A program made the translations under genes and the position numbers. A stretch of DNA of 64,000 bases from Thermodesulfobacteriota bacterium. Its GTDB lineage: Bacteria > Desulfobacterota_D > UBA1144 > Nemesobacterales > Nemesobacteraceae. The notes beneath the pieces are model-generated. The model worked only from the letters and a program-made list of their open reading frames with translations. It was not told where the DNA came from and did no database searches. Shown here one piece after another: positions 49,099-59,323 of the stretch. The stretch covers positions 1,285,865 through 1,349,864 of the forward strand of contig OZ242002.1 in the NCBI GenBank assembly GCA_965204665.1, read 5' to 3'. The stretch's first letter is position 1. Each line of letters starts with the position of its first letter.

Positions 49099-49310
49099 CC
49101 GGTGCTGATGGAAACGTTTGTCGAGATTCCGACATAAAAGGGCACGGTCTACCGTGCCTCGGGGTGGATACATGCAGGAACCACCAAAGGACGCGGACGT
49201 TACGACCGGTACAGGAAATCCGAAAAGGACATCCGGCTGAAACCGCTTCGCAGGAACTGGAGACAAGTTCTCGACCGCTGAAAACGCTCATTCAACACGC
49301 CTTGACCGAA
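49099..49310 (-). repeat. copy 3 (most complete) of the TTCGGTCAAGGCGTG repeat family
   Basis: Reverse complement begins TTCGGTCAAGGCGTGTTGAATGAGCGTTTTCAGCGG and ends ...GTTTCCATCAGCACCGG. Internal hairpin GGCACGGtagaCCGTGCC. Confidence 0.6.
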
Positions 49311-49499
49311 TGGTTACGAGAGGGGAGGGGGAAATCAGATTCTGTAAAAACATCTCGGCTCTGATGTCTACGCTGAACAATGCGAAACCTCAGAATATCT
49401 TCACAGTCTCAACTGTCTCTGACTCTACTGCAGACCTAACTCTCCGTAGGTAGTAGAATGATAATTTGATGCAGTCACGTTATAAAGATTTTTGACGGT

Positions 49500-49928
49500 T
49501 TACTGGATGGTTCTTTTGCCGGGCTCGTAGCCGCGGACCGGAACAGGAGAAGCGTGGTGAAAGACCAGAAGCCATCTGCCGTCTTTCTTCTCGAATATGT
49601 TGGTCGACTGAGATAGGTTGAACATTACAGGGTCTCTTTTTATGTACACCATCTCCTGAAGGCAGGTGACCCAGGCTATATCTTCATTTACGTCAACGGT
49701 CACGTTGGAAATGCTGATGTCCACTTGGTCCTGAGGATCGAACACGCTTTCCCAACTCTGCCTGATCGCTTCCCAATTACGAAGAGCCGTCCATCCGGGA
49801 TGCACGCATCCTGACCTTGAGTCCTGAATCCAGACTTCCGCCATGAGTTCAAGGTTTCTTGTTCCCAGAGCTTCATAAAACAGGCTGTTTATTCTCAGTA
49901 TTTCCTTGTTGTCCGCTTTTTCAGTCAT
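49500..49928 (-). CDS. NTF2-like / SnoaL-like (DUF4440-type) protein
   Basis: 142 aa with an NTF2-fold pattern (LFYEAL..D...W). Confidence 0.55.
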   Translation of the reverse strand: MTEKADNKEILRINSLFYEALGTRNLELMAEVWIQDSRSGCVHPGWTALRNWEAIRQSWESVFDPQDQVDISISNVTVDVNEDIAWVTCLQEMVYIKRDPVMFNLSQSTNIFEKKDGRWLLVFHHASPVPVRGYEPGKRTIQ

Positions 49929-49947
49929 TTGCTCTCCCCGACTGGTT

Positions 49948-51534
49948 TTACCGGAAGAGGTCGACGATTTTTGAAAACTGCATAAGTATATCCCCCCGCA
50001 TTTTCAGAACATCGTTGTAAAGCGCCGCCGCCATAAGAACTATCAAAAATGAAAAGCCTACCCGTTGCGTTATCTCCAAGGTTTTAAAACTGAGGGATTT
50101 CCCCCTTAACTTCTCAATCGCTAGGTAAAGAATATGTCCTCCGTCGAGCATTGGTATCGGGAGAAGATTTATAAGCGCTAGATTTACGCTTATAAGAGAA
50201 GTGAACTGTAGAAGATTCGATATGCCCCCCTGGGCCGCAGACCCCGAAATCTTGGCTATGAGAAGCGGTCCCGCAACAGTCTTTCCCGCGGTCGCAAGCG
50301 CTATTTTCCCGGTCAGAAGTTTAAAGAGAAAACCGAAGAAAAGAACGGTTATCTCGACTGTCATGCGCGCGGCCTCTAAAACCCCTTTTACTACCGCTTC
50401 GAAAAATCCGTACTTCTTCACCGTGTAATCTCCATGTGGAGTAATGCCGATTACATAGCGGTCGAGCGTTTCATCCATTCGGGGCGTCACCCGGAAACTC
50501 ACTTCGCTCTTCTCCCGTTCGACTGTGAAGTCAAGCGGCGCGCCGCCGCTTCCGGATATCATTTCCGACATCCTGTTCCAATCACTTACAACCGTTCCGT
50601 TCACGGATTTTATCGTATCTCCGGAACGTATGCCCGCAGCATACGCCGGCATTGCCGCATCCACCTGATCCACTGTGGTTCCCATGGGCATTGAAAGTCC
50701 TGTTTTCACTCTGCCGTCAGGACCCGCTTCTGCGAACAGAGAAAGAGTTTTTACTTCTCCACCTCTTTCCACATCGATTTTCAGCAATGAATCGGGGTTT
50801 GTATGAACGGCGATATTCAAGTCCCGCCAAGTTTCGACTTCTTTTCCGTTTACCCTCAATATCGTATCGCCCGGGACAAATCCCGACTTCTCGGCTGGAG
50901 AGTCTTTCTGCACATGGGTGACGTACGGTGTTTTTTCCGAGTTGTCGGAGACGTTTATTCCGAGCATAAACGCAATCGGCATCAGGATAAACACGATTGC
51001 GAAATTCATCGCCGGTCCCGCGACGACCACCATAAATCTCTGCATGACGGATTTGGCGGAAAAACCTCTTTTGTATTCCTTTTCGTGATAAACTTCCACA
51101 TCTTCGAAAGAGGAAACATCCACGGTCAGTTCCAGCATTTTCCCGTCTCTCTCCACCTCTATTTCCTTTTTCGTTTCCGGCTCGGACTTCATATCGGAGA
51201 GGAGTTTTTTCCAGTTCGGGTATTTTTCGAGTTCGTATCCGCTTATCCCCGTTATTCTGTCCCCCGATACAAGAGGTGACCCCGGAATAGAGACGTTTTC
51301 AACGATTATGTTTCTCTCCGTGCCCTCTCCGTACATCTTTACGTATCCGCCGAGAGGAAAGAGTGAAATCATGTACTCGGTTTCACCTCTGGTGAAGGAA
51401 AATATTCTGGGTCCGAATCCCAGGGAAAACTTTTCGACTCTTATGTTGTTTCTTTTCGCGAGCGCGAAGTGTCCAAGCTCGTGAAAGAAAACCAAGATTC
51501 CTATTACGAAGATGAAAGCGAGAATTGAAGTCAT
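49948..51534 (-). CDS. rseP: RIP metalloprotease RseP (site-2 protease, M50) with PDZ domains
   Basis: HELGHF zinc motif, TM segments, multiple PDZ repeats, and an LDGG motif. Confidence 0.9.
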   Translation of the reverse strand: MTSILAFIFVIGILVFFHELGHFALAKRNNIRVEKFSLGFGPRIFSFTRGETEYMISLFPLGGYVKMYGEGTERNIIVENVSIPGSPLVSGDRITGISGYELEKYPNWKKLLSDMKSEPETKKEIEVERDGKMLELTVDVSSFEDVEVYHEKEYKRGFSAKSVMQRFMVVVAGPAMNFAIVFILMPIAFMLGINVSDNSEKTPYVTHVQKDSPAEKSGFVPGDTILRVNGKEVETWRDLNIAVHTNPDSLLKIDVERGGEVKTLSLFAEAGPDGRVKTGLSMPMGTTVDQVDAAMPAYAAGIRSGDTIKSVNGTVVSDWNRMSEMISGSGGAPLDFTVEREKSEVSFRVTPRMDETLDRYVIGITPHGDYTVKKYGFFEAVVKGVLEAARMTVEITVLFFGFLFKLLTGKIALATAGKTVAGPLLIAKISGSAAQGGISNLLQFTSLISVNLALINLLPIPMLDGGHILYLAIEKLRGKSLSFKTLEITQRVGFSFLIVLMAAALYNDVLKMRGDILMQFSKIVDLFR

Positions 51535-51540
51535 TGAGAT

Positions 51541-52701
51541 TTACGAGGAAGGCAGACTGCCGGCGAGTGAAACGGCAACGCTCCTAGACCACCTGTCAGC
51601 CTCTAATATATTGTCAAGACATTTCGAGTCAAGTTTTTCGTGACGGTCAAGAGTCTCTTTCACGATCGGGATTATATCCGTAAATCTTATCTCTCCGCCC
51701 AGAAATGCCCCGACCGCCACTTCATTTGCGGCATTCAGAACCGCGGGGTAGGTGCCTCCCATCTCAAGACACCTGATTGCTATTGCCGGAGCCTCGAATT
51801 TCTTCGAGTCAAGTTCCTCAAAAGTGATTTCAGGCAGGTCCCGCGGGAAAGACGATTTTCCGGGAAGATCAAGCCTGCGGGGATAGGCCAGCGCCCAGGC
51901 TATGGGGATTTTCATATCAGCTTCGGAGAGGTGAGTTACAAATGAACCGTCAATATACTCAAGGATCGAGTGCACTACGCTTTGAGGATGTATCCAAACC
52001 GATATTTTTTCCGCGGGAATGTCGAAGAACCATCTCGCTTCGATGATTTCAAAACCCTTGTTCATAAGCGTTGCGGAGTCAATGGTTATTTTTTTTCCCA
52101 TTTTCCATGTGGGGTGGCAAAGCGCATCGGCTACGGTAACTTTGTCGAGTTCGCTTTCGGGTGTTTTTCGGAAAGGCCCGCCAGAGCCCGTTATAATAAC
52201 CTTTTCGAGAAACTCGCGGTTTTTTTCTTCAAGGGTCTGAAAGATAGCGCTGTGTTCGCTGTCGATAGGAAGTAGAGTGACGTTTCTTCTTCGTGCTTCG
52301 GACATCAAAATACTTCCCGCAACCACAAGAGATTCCTTATTGGCTATAGCCACATTCTTGCCGGCTCTTATCGCGGAAAGCGTCGGAATGAGTCCGGAAA
52401 AACCCACGATGGAAGATACCACAAGATCACAATCCGTTTCCGTTGCGACCGCGACGCTTCCCTGTTCTCCGTAACATATCCGGGTTTGCGGACCCGCGAC
52501 GTTACTCAGGCGTTCCGAGTCCACTTTGGTCGCAACTGATACTATCTTCGGTGAGAACTCGGTTATCTGTTCCGCCAGAAGATCAATGTTTTTTCCTGCG
52601 CAAAGTCCCGTGATTTCGAACCGTTGAGGGAATTTTCTTACTATTTCAAGCGTCTGAACTCCGATCAGCCCGGTTGACCCCAGTATGGATATTCTCTTCA
52701 A
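51541..52701 (-). CDS. dxr: 1-deoxy-D-xylulose-5-phosphate reductoisomerase
   Basis: KRISILGSTGLIG N-terminus. The probable TTG start at 52701 overlaps the uppS stop by 4 nt; the upstream in-frame extension is unlikely to be translated. Confidence 0.85.
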   Translation of the reverse strand: MKRISILGSTGLIGVQTLEIVRKFPQRFEITGLCAGKNIDLLAEQITEFSPKIVSVATKVDSERLSNVAGPQTRICYGEQGSVAVATETDCDLVVSSIVGFSGLIPTLSAIRAGKNVAIANKESLVVAGSILMSEARRRNVTLLPIDSEHSAIFQTLEEKNREFLEKVIITGSGGPFRKTPESELDKVTVADALCHPTWKMGKKITIDSATLMNKGFEIIEARWFFDIPAEKISVWIHPQSVVHSILEYIDGSFVTHLSEADMKIPIAWALAYPRRLDLPGKSSFPRDLPEITFEELDSKKFEAPAIAIRCLEMGGTYPAVLNAANEVAVGAFLGGEIRFTDIIPIVKETLDRHEKLDSKCLDNILEADRWSRSVAVSLAGSLPSS

Positions 52702-53450
52702 CTCTTGAGTCCCCGAGATTGTATCTGTTCCCCCGTAAGTCCGAATCTTCTTTCCCTGTCGCGGTAATTTCCTATTGCTTTGCGCAGATGTCTTTTTCTG
52801 AAATTCGGCCAAGGTGTCCTGGTTACGTACATCTCAGAGTAGGCGAGTTGCCAAAGAAGAAAGTTGGAAAGCCTCATTTCTCCACCGGTTCTTATCAACA
52901 GGTCGGGCTCGGGAAGGCCGGAAGTATAGAGGTGCTGCTGGAAATCCTGTTCAGTCACCGGCTGTTTTCTGCCGGAACGGATTATGCGGTTCACGGCGGC
53001 CACTATTTCTTCTCTGCTTCCGTAACTCAGCGCGAGGGTAAGTGTCAACGAATTACAATGCTCCGTCATCTTCATCACGCTCTCAAGAAGATCGCCTATG
53101 TCCGAAGGCAGGTTCGAGAGGTTTCCGATAGCGTTTAGTCTTATATCCCGCGACAGCAGATTTTCAGCCTCGTTTTCAAGATAGTTTCTCAACAGGTCCA
53201 TCAGAGAGAACACTTCATCTTCAGGTCTTTTCCAGTTCTGAGCTGAAAAAGCGTAGAGAGTCAGGTACTTTATGCCGATTTCAATCGCCTCGCTCACCAC
53301 AGACCTCGTCGACTTCATTCCCTCTCTGTGGCCGTCTATTCTCTCCAAGTCTTTCTGTTGCGCCCATCTGCCGTTGCCGTCCATTATTATGACCACATGC
53401 CTGGGTACGGAAGTCCGGATGGAATCGTTGCGTTTTTCCTTCATAGTCAA
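52698..53450 (-). CDS. uppS: isoprenyl transferase (undecaprenyl diphosphate synthase)
   Basis: HVVIIMDGNGRWA ... cis-prenyltransferase signature. Confidence 0.9.
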   Translation of the reverse strand: MTMKEKRNDSIRTSVPRHVVIIMDGNGRWAQQKDLERIDGHREGMKSTRSVVSEAIEIGIKYLTLYAFSAQNWKRPEDEVFSLMDLLRNYLENEAENLLSRDIRLNAIGNLSNLPSDIGDLLESVMKMTEHCNSLTLTLALSYGSREEIVAAVNRIIRSGRKQPVTEQDFQQHLYTSGLPEPDLLIRTGGEMRLSNFLLWQLAYSEMYVTRTPWPNFRKRHLRKAIGNYRDRERRFGLTGEQIQSRGLKS

Positions 53451-53486
53451 GGTAGTGCGGTTATAAGTCCGGAGGACTGTAGTCTC

Positions 53487-53705
53487 TCAGTTTCCGTTCC
53501 TGTAGAGATAGGAAACGGGATAGACTACTATTGCGACCGTCATTACTACCGCCGCGGCGACGATTATAGCGATCGGGTATATGAAGAGCGCACCTGTGTA
53601 GAGAAGCGCTCTTTTGATCGGCAACCATTCCTTGGAAACCTCCGGCAGGTCGAGAACGCAACTTTTAAGAAATCCTGATAATATTCCCGTTATTAGTACA
53701 GACAT
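53487..53705 (-). CDS. hypothetical small membrane protein
   Basis: 72-aa ORF with a C-terminal TM segment, 37 nt upstream of uppS; weak support. Confidence 0.3.
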   Translation of the reverse strand: MSVLITGILSGFLKSCVLDLPEVSKEWLPIKRALLYTGALFIYPIAIIVAAAVVMTVAIVVYPVSYLYRNGN

Positions 53706-53937
53706 ATCGTTGAACCGGTCCTGCTACAATCTATCCTATTTTCCTTTTTTCATCAAGGAGACAGAAAATCTTAACGGGAATACTTCCCCGCAAACTGCTT
53801 CGGGATAACAACTCCACTGGGCAAGTTATTTGAGAAAGAGGTTTGAAGTGATGTGGAAATTGAATAGAACGATTTAAAGAATTATTTCGCACAAATCGAA
53901 GATGGCGTTTTCAATTTGTGCGAAATGTGTTAAATTC

Positions 53938-55122
53938 ATGATTATGATTGAACGTGAGATCGCGCCGCGCCTAGTCGAACTTTTTAACCAGTACCCGTTT
54001 GTGACTGTGACAGGACCGCGTCAGTCCGGCAAAACCACTCTTTGCCGAGAGACCTTTCCCCATCTTCGATATGTGAATCTGGAACTTCCCGATCAAAGGG
54101 AGTTCGCTCGCACCGACCCCAATCGATTTCTTTCAGAACTTGAAGAAGGTGCGATTCTTGATGAAATTCAGCGTGTACCTGAACTGCTGTCCTATCTTCA
54201 AGTTCTGGCCGATGAGAAAAAATGCAACAGTCTTTTTGTTCTTACCGGCAGTGAGAACTTTCAACTTTCTCAGGCTATCACACAGTCTTTGGCGGGGCGG
54301 ACAGCTTTGCTCCACCTGCTGCCTTTTTCTCTCGCAGAACGTGCGGAAACGGGAGCCGGCGATTCTTTAGACGACATTCTCTACTCCGGATTTTATCCTC
54401 GTATTTATGACCAGAGAATTGAACCCCGGCAGGTTCTGGGTGATTACTTTGAAACCTATGTTGAGCGGGATGTGCGTCGTCTTGGTGAAATTCGCAATCT
54501 GTCGAATTTCCAACGTTTTGCACGTCTATGCGCAGGGCGAGTCGGACAACTTGTCAACCTCAGTTCTTTGGGCTCGGACGCCGGAATATCCCACGCCACG
54601 GCGAGGAACTGGGTCACCTTGCTGGAAGCAGGTTATATAGTTTTTCAGTTGCCGCCCTTTCATGCCAATATTCGAAAGCGTCTGGTCAGGTCTCCGAAGA
54701 TATACTTTTACGATGTAGGGCTTGTTTGCTATCTCCTTGGTATTGAGCGAGCAGAACAAGTTGTTACTCACCCTTTGCGGGGCGCGTTGTTCGAGAACCT
54801 AGTTCTGGCCGAGGTCCTCAAATATCGTTTCAATCGCGGTGGCAGGTTTAATCTGTCTTTTTTTAGAGATAGTCGAGGTCTTGAATGTGACCTGTTTTTT
54901 GAAACCGGTCATGGAATAGGCGCAATTGAAGTCAAATCCGGCCAGACGATTGCGGGAGATTACTTCAACTCGCTTAATCGTGTTGCAGAACTCGTTCCGG
55001 AGATTTTCTCCAAGACCGTTGTTTACGGCGGGTCTTTTCGTCAATCCCGCAGCGCCGGGGATATAGTCGGGTTTCATGATTTATCCGAATTACTGAAAAG
55101 TTTTGAGGCAAATCAGAAATAG
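53938..55122 (+). CDS. AAA-superfamily ATPase with DUF4143 (COG1373 family)
   Basis: Walker A GPRQSGKTTL and the characteristic COG1373 layout. An internal Met is the probable start. Confidence 0.75.
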   Translation: MIMIEREIAPRLVELFNQYPFVTVTGPRQSGKTTLCRETFPHLRYVNLELPDQREFARTDPNRFLSELEEGAILDEIQRVPELLSYLQVLADEKKCNSLFVLTGSENFQLSQAITQSLAGRTALLHLLPFSLAERAETGAGDSLDDILYSGFYPRIYDQRIEPRQVLGDYFETYVERDVRRLGEIRNLSNFQRFARLCAGRVGQLVNLSSLGSDAGISHATARNWVTLLEAGYIVFQLPPFHANIRKRLVRSPKIYFYDVGLVCYLLGIERAEQVVTHPLRGALFENLVLAEVLKYRFNRGGRFNLSFFRDSRGLECDLFFETGHGIGAIEVKSGQTIAGDYFNSLNRVAELVPEIFSKTVVYGGSFRQSRSAGDIVGFHDLSELLKSFEANQK

Positions 55123-55572
55123 TCCTGTGGCATTCATTTGGTTTGCAGGTATTGGATTTACTGCCACCCTGTTATTAAAACGAAAGTCGACTCGTACGGT
55201 TTTACTCCTCCTAGTCAAGTTGGATACTGCCGTCAATGGATTCAATTTCGACTTCTTTATGGCGCCCCGACCGAGTCAGGTCGGATAAAGCGGTCTTTAA
55301 TGTCTACTGTTTGAGGCCATAAAGAACCGATTACCGGATAAATTATGGGCTTTTGGAGTAACAGTTCCTTCGCTGTTGTCGCACTGAATTCCCTGCCTGA
55401 ATTACGGTTTAATGGCGATGGGAAAACCCTGTCCGTCTCCAGTGCGACACACTGAAGCAGTTGGTCTGATTTTCCCGGTCCTCCCGGCCTCGTACCCGCA
55501 TCCGGTTTCGCAGGTCTCCTGCATTATCCTGAAGAGATTTCTTTCAGGTAAAATATTCATTTCTGAACCACT

Positions 55573-56691
55573 ATGAAGAAATTGTCCTTAATATGCTTAT
55601 TTCTGGTGTTCATGCTTTTTCCGGGTGCGCTTTCCGCAAAGGATGACACGTACAGAGAACTTTCCGATTTTGCGAAGGCGCTCAGCATTATAGAGGAGAA
55701 CTATGTAGAAGATATTCTCTCTGAGCAACTCGTCAGAAGCGCCATAAAGGGAATGTTTAATTCTCTTGACCCTTATTCCGCATACCTGTCCTCCGACAGA
55801 CTCAGAGACCTTGAGATAGGGACCATGGGGGAATTTGAGGGAATAGGGGTTGAGATTACAGTTAAGGACGGGATGCTGACCGTCATATCTCCTATAGAGG
55901 GAAGTCCGGCGGAAAGAGCGGGAATAAAATCCGGCGATGTGATCGTTTCCATAGACGGGAGTGAAACCGCGAAAACCAGCATAGCCGACGCCATGGAGCG
56001 GGTAAGGGGAAGGAGCGGAACCAAGGTGGATATACTGGTCAGGAGAAAAGGGGAGGCAGAGGAACTCGGTTTTTCAATCACAAGGCAGGTTGTGAAGATC
56101 AGCAGCGTTGTGTCGAAGCTTGTGGAAAAAGACATGGGATATGTAAAACTTTCGCAGTTTCATGCCAACTCGGCCGAGGAATTCCTGAATTCCTACAGAG
56201 AACTTGAAAAAGAAAACGGGGCGGAACTCACGGGACTGATTCTTGATCTCAGAAACAATCCCGGAGGGCTGCTGGAGCAGGCGCTTCTGCTTTGCGATAT
56301 GTTCATTGACAGCGGAACCATTCTCAATGTACGGGGCAAGTCCCCTAACACCTCGAAGGAGCATTTCGCGAGGGAGGAAACGGAAGTATCATCTCATCCG
56401 GTGGTTGTTATGGTAAACGGCGGCAGCGCCAGCGCCGCGGAGATTCTGGCCGGCGCGCTCAAAGAAAACGGAAGAGCCAAAATAGTAGGTACCAGGACTT
56501 TCGGCAAAGGGTCTCTTCAGCGGGTAATGGAACTTTCCCCGGATACGGGAATCAAAATAACGACGGCGAAACTATACACTCCGAAGGGGAAACTGATAGA
56601 CGGAAACGGTATAGAGCCCGACATTGAAGTTGAAGACGGTTCCGAGGATGCACAACTTGCAAAAGCCGTTGAGACGATAAAGAGCATGTAG
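55573..56691 (+). CDS. ctpA: S41-family carboxyl-terminal processing protease
   Basis: Signal peptide, PDZ domain, and LDLRNNPGG ... GGSASAAEILAGAL ... GKGS. Confidence 0.85.
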   Translation: MKKLSLICLFLVFMLFPGALSAKDDTYRELSDFAKALSIIEENYVEDILSEQLVRSAIKGMFNSLDPYSAYLSSDRLRDLEIGTMGEFEGIGVEITVKDGMLTVISPIEGSPAERAGIKSGDVIVSIDGSETAKTSIADAMERVRGRSGTKVDILVRRKGEAEELGFSITRQVVKISSVVSKLVEKDMGYVKLSQFHANSAEEFLNSYRELEKENGAELTGLILDLRNNPGGLLEQALLLCDMFIDSGTILNVRGKSPNTSKEHFAREETEVSSHPVVVMVNGGSASAAEILAGALKENGRAKIVGTRTFGKGSLQRVMELSPDTGIKITTAKLYTPKGKLIDGNGIEPDIEVEDGSEDAQLAKAVETIKSM

Positions 56692-56701
56692 GGGAAAATA
56701 A

Positions 56702-57595
56702 ATGCCCAGGAAAAAACAGACGAAAAAGAGTTCTTCTTCAGCAGGAAAAACATCGGGAGCAAGGAAGCCCGCCGGACTTTCCCACGCGGTTTTTGTACTG
56801 CTTTTCTTTCTCGCTTTTTCCATTTTCGGTCTGCGTCATATCGAAAGATTTCTTGGCGGATGGCCTCCTAGTCAGCCGGAAAAACCCGTTACTGCAGAAA
56901 AGCGGGAAACAATTTCCGCCCGTCCCAAGGTTGTGCTCATAATAGACGATCTGGGTTTTAATAAGGAATATGTGGACAGGCTCCTTCGGATCGGTCAACC
57001 GATCAATATGTCCGTACTTCCGCATCTTCCTTACTCCAAGTACTCCGCGGAAGCATCCCACCGCAAGGGTATGGATGTTCTTCTGCATCTTCCCATGGAA
57101 CCCAAGGTATCCACCGGTTATACAGCGGACGACTCGGGAGAGGGTGTGCTGCTTCTTGGACGCTCCCTGGATCAGATAAGACAGGATGTCGAGAGAAATA
57201 TTCTGGCGGTTCCCAACATAGCAGGGGTTAACAACCACATGGGTTCGAAGTTCATGGAAAATGAACAGCCCATGAAAGTGGTGATGGCGGAACTGAGAAA
57301 CCGGGGACTTTATTTCGTTGACAGCCTTACCACGAAGGATTCTCTAGGTCGCGAGGTCGCGACGAAATTAGGAGTAAGGGTGCTTGTAAGAGATGTTTTT
57401 ATTGACCGGAGCCCGAGCGATGTCAAGTACACTAAACAACAACTTGATAAACTGGTGGAGATTGCGGAGAAAAAAGGGCTTGCCGTCGGTATAGGACACC
57501 CGTACCCGAAGACCATAGACGCTTTGGAGCGATATGCCCCGAAGATTGCCAAACAGGTGGATTTTGTGAAAATATCTTCAGGCGCTTTTGATTGA
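56702..57595 (+). CDS. divergent polysaccharide deacetylase family protein (YibQ-like)
   Basis: VVLIIDDLGFN ... LLHLPMEP motifs. Confidence 0.75.
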   Translation: MPRKKQTKKSSSSAGKTSGARKPAGLSHAVFVLLFFLAFSIFGLRHIERFLGGWPPSQPEKPVTAEKRETISARPKVVLIIDDLGFNKEYVDRLLRIGQPINMSVLPHLPYSKYSAEASHRKGMDVLLHLPMEPKVSTGYTADDSGEGVLLLGRSLDQIRQDVERNILAVPNIAGVNNHMGSKFMENEQPMKVVMAELRNRGLYFVDSLTTKDSLGREVATKLGVRVLVRDVFIDRSPSDVKYTKQQLDKLVEIAEKKGLAVGIGHPYPKTIDALERYAPKIAKQVDFVKISSGAFD

Positions 57596-57799
57596 AGTTC
57601 ACAGGACTTCAATCAAAAGACAATATGCGGAGTATGTCGAGCACTGCCTTGATGGTCGCTTAAATATCCTGCGCGGAGGACAAGGATCTGCACTTCCGTG
57701 CATTTCCCTGCTGCGGGTTCGGAACTACCAGACGCGCGGGACTGAAGTGACGACACCCTCGGCGACATCAGAGATCATCTTTTTGATTGCGGGTTCGGG

Positions 57800-58192
57800 A
57801 TGGGCGTGAAAGAAATAACGGCGGGGAAAAACAAACAACTCATGATCAGCGCCGCAGGCGTCACGGAGGAACTGAAGAACTTGCCTATGGAAATTGCTGC
57901 CTGCTTGCTCCGCATATTCCAGCTTCGAATCGGTAATGTGGATAAGTTGAAGATGTCACCGAGCAGACTACATTGCCTAGTGCGGATTATGTATGAGGCT
58001 TACCGGGAGAGCACCGGTCAGAACCCGCTGTACAGACAGTCCGGGAAAAATAGGCGTTGGTGCCCGGCGCTGCTGACCCGTAAGGAAAGCCCGAACTTGG
58101 TTAATCTCAACATCCGAAAGACTTTCCTGCTACATCAAGATACCTTGTCGGGTTTCGCAGAACGCATTTTCAAGATTCACCGGAACGGGTAG
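57800..58192 (+). CDS. hypothetical protein, translationally coupled to the HTH-ImmA gene
   Basis: 130-aa ORF whose TAG stop abuts the ATG at 58193; no family recognised. Confidence 0.4.
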   Translation: MGVKEITAGKNKQLMISAAGVTEELKNLPMEIAACLLRIFQLRIGNVDKLKMSPSRLHCLVRIMYEAYRESTGQNPLYRQSGKNRRWCPALLTRKESPNLVNLNIRKTFLLHQDTLSGFAERIFKIHRNG

Positions 58193-59323
58193 ATGTCTCC
58201 GCAGAGAGTAGAAAACATCAGTCCTGAAATCCTTCGTAAGTGCCGCGAGCAGACCGGCCTTACTCTTCACGATGTAGGGAAGAAGATTCCGAAAATCGCG
58301 GATATGGAAAAAGGAGAATGGAAACCGACATTCGGACAACTGACGAAACTGGCAGGTCTTTACAGCTTGCCTCGTTGGGTGCTTGCATGTGGGTCTCTGC
58401 CGGAACAATACCAGTTTGATCAAGATACTTCTTTTCGAAAATTCTCAAGCGACCGTGAAAAAACTTTCAGCCATCCGAAAATTCGCCGTATGACGGTCGA
58501 GGTGGAAAGACTTCGCAATCTTGTTCTTGATCTGCGGGAAGACATGGATGATCCGGTTGAACCATTTAAACCGCCTGAATTGGAACCAGATGCTTCGGTA
58601 TCGAGATTCGCAGGACAGGTGCGGTGTTGGCTTGAGTGCGGGAAACGAAGTCTTGATTTCGGACAGTGGAGAGAAAAACTTGAAGAAAGGAACATATTCG
58701 TTTTTACCACAAGTAAATACCTTGGATGGTCTTTTGTCGAACAAAAACAGTTTCGAGGTCTTGCCATATACCATTCGACACTTCCCGTTATCGTAATCAA
58801 CAGTTCAGACTACAGGAAAGCTCTCACTTTTTCTCTATTTCACGAATTGGGTCATTTACTGAAAAAGCAAAGCGGAATTGATGAATGGGAAGACGATGAG
58901 CAGTGGTGTGATGAATTTGCCGCCTGCGTACTGATGCCCGACAAGGAATTCCTGGATGTTGTCCGGCGACACGATGCCGAGGATCTCGAGAATGTCCGAA
59001 AAACGGCCGCCGAATTTAAGGTCAGCGAATACGCGTGCCTTGTTCGAATGAAACAATTGCGGATAATCAATTTCAAGACATACAAACATCTTGAGGCACG
59101 ATTGAAATATTCCTATGAACAGTACGCCGCAGAATTCAAAAAGAAAAACACCAGAATCAAAAGAGTTCGTTCTAAGGAAGTTCTTGATCAATACGGTCAT
59201 ATTTACTCAAGGGCGGTAATTCAGGCTTATCGGAATCAGGAGATCGGACTTAACGGATTGTGCATGATGTTCAGTCTGAAAAAAGTATCGGACGCCTTTG
59301 AACTGGAACAGAGAATCGGATGA
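58193..59323 (+). CDS. XRE-type HTH domain fused to an ImmA/IrrE-family zinc metallopeptidase (COG2856, DUF955)
   Basis: N-terminal HTH (LRKCREQTGLTLHDVGKK) and an HExxH in the FSLFHELGHLL context. Confidence 0.7.
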   Translation: MSPQRVENISPEILRKCREQTGLTLHDVGKKIPKIADMEKGEWKPTFGQLTKLAGLYSLPRWVLACGSLPEQYQFDQDTSFRKFSSDREKTFSHPKIRRMTVEVERLRNLVLDLREDMDDPVEPFKPPELEPDASVSRFAGQVRCWLECGKRSLDFGQWREKLEERNIFVFTTSKYLGWSFVEQKQFRGLAIYHSTLPVIVINSSDYRKALTFSLFHELGHLLKKQSGIDEWEDDEQWCDEFAACVLMPDKEFLDVVRRHDAEDLENVRKTAAEFKVSEYACLVRMKQLRIINFKTYKHLEARLKYSYEQYAAEFKKKNTRIKRVRSKEVLDQYGHIYSRAVIQAYRNQEIGLNGLCMMFSLKKVSDAFELEQRIG

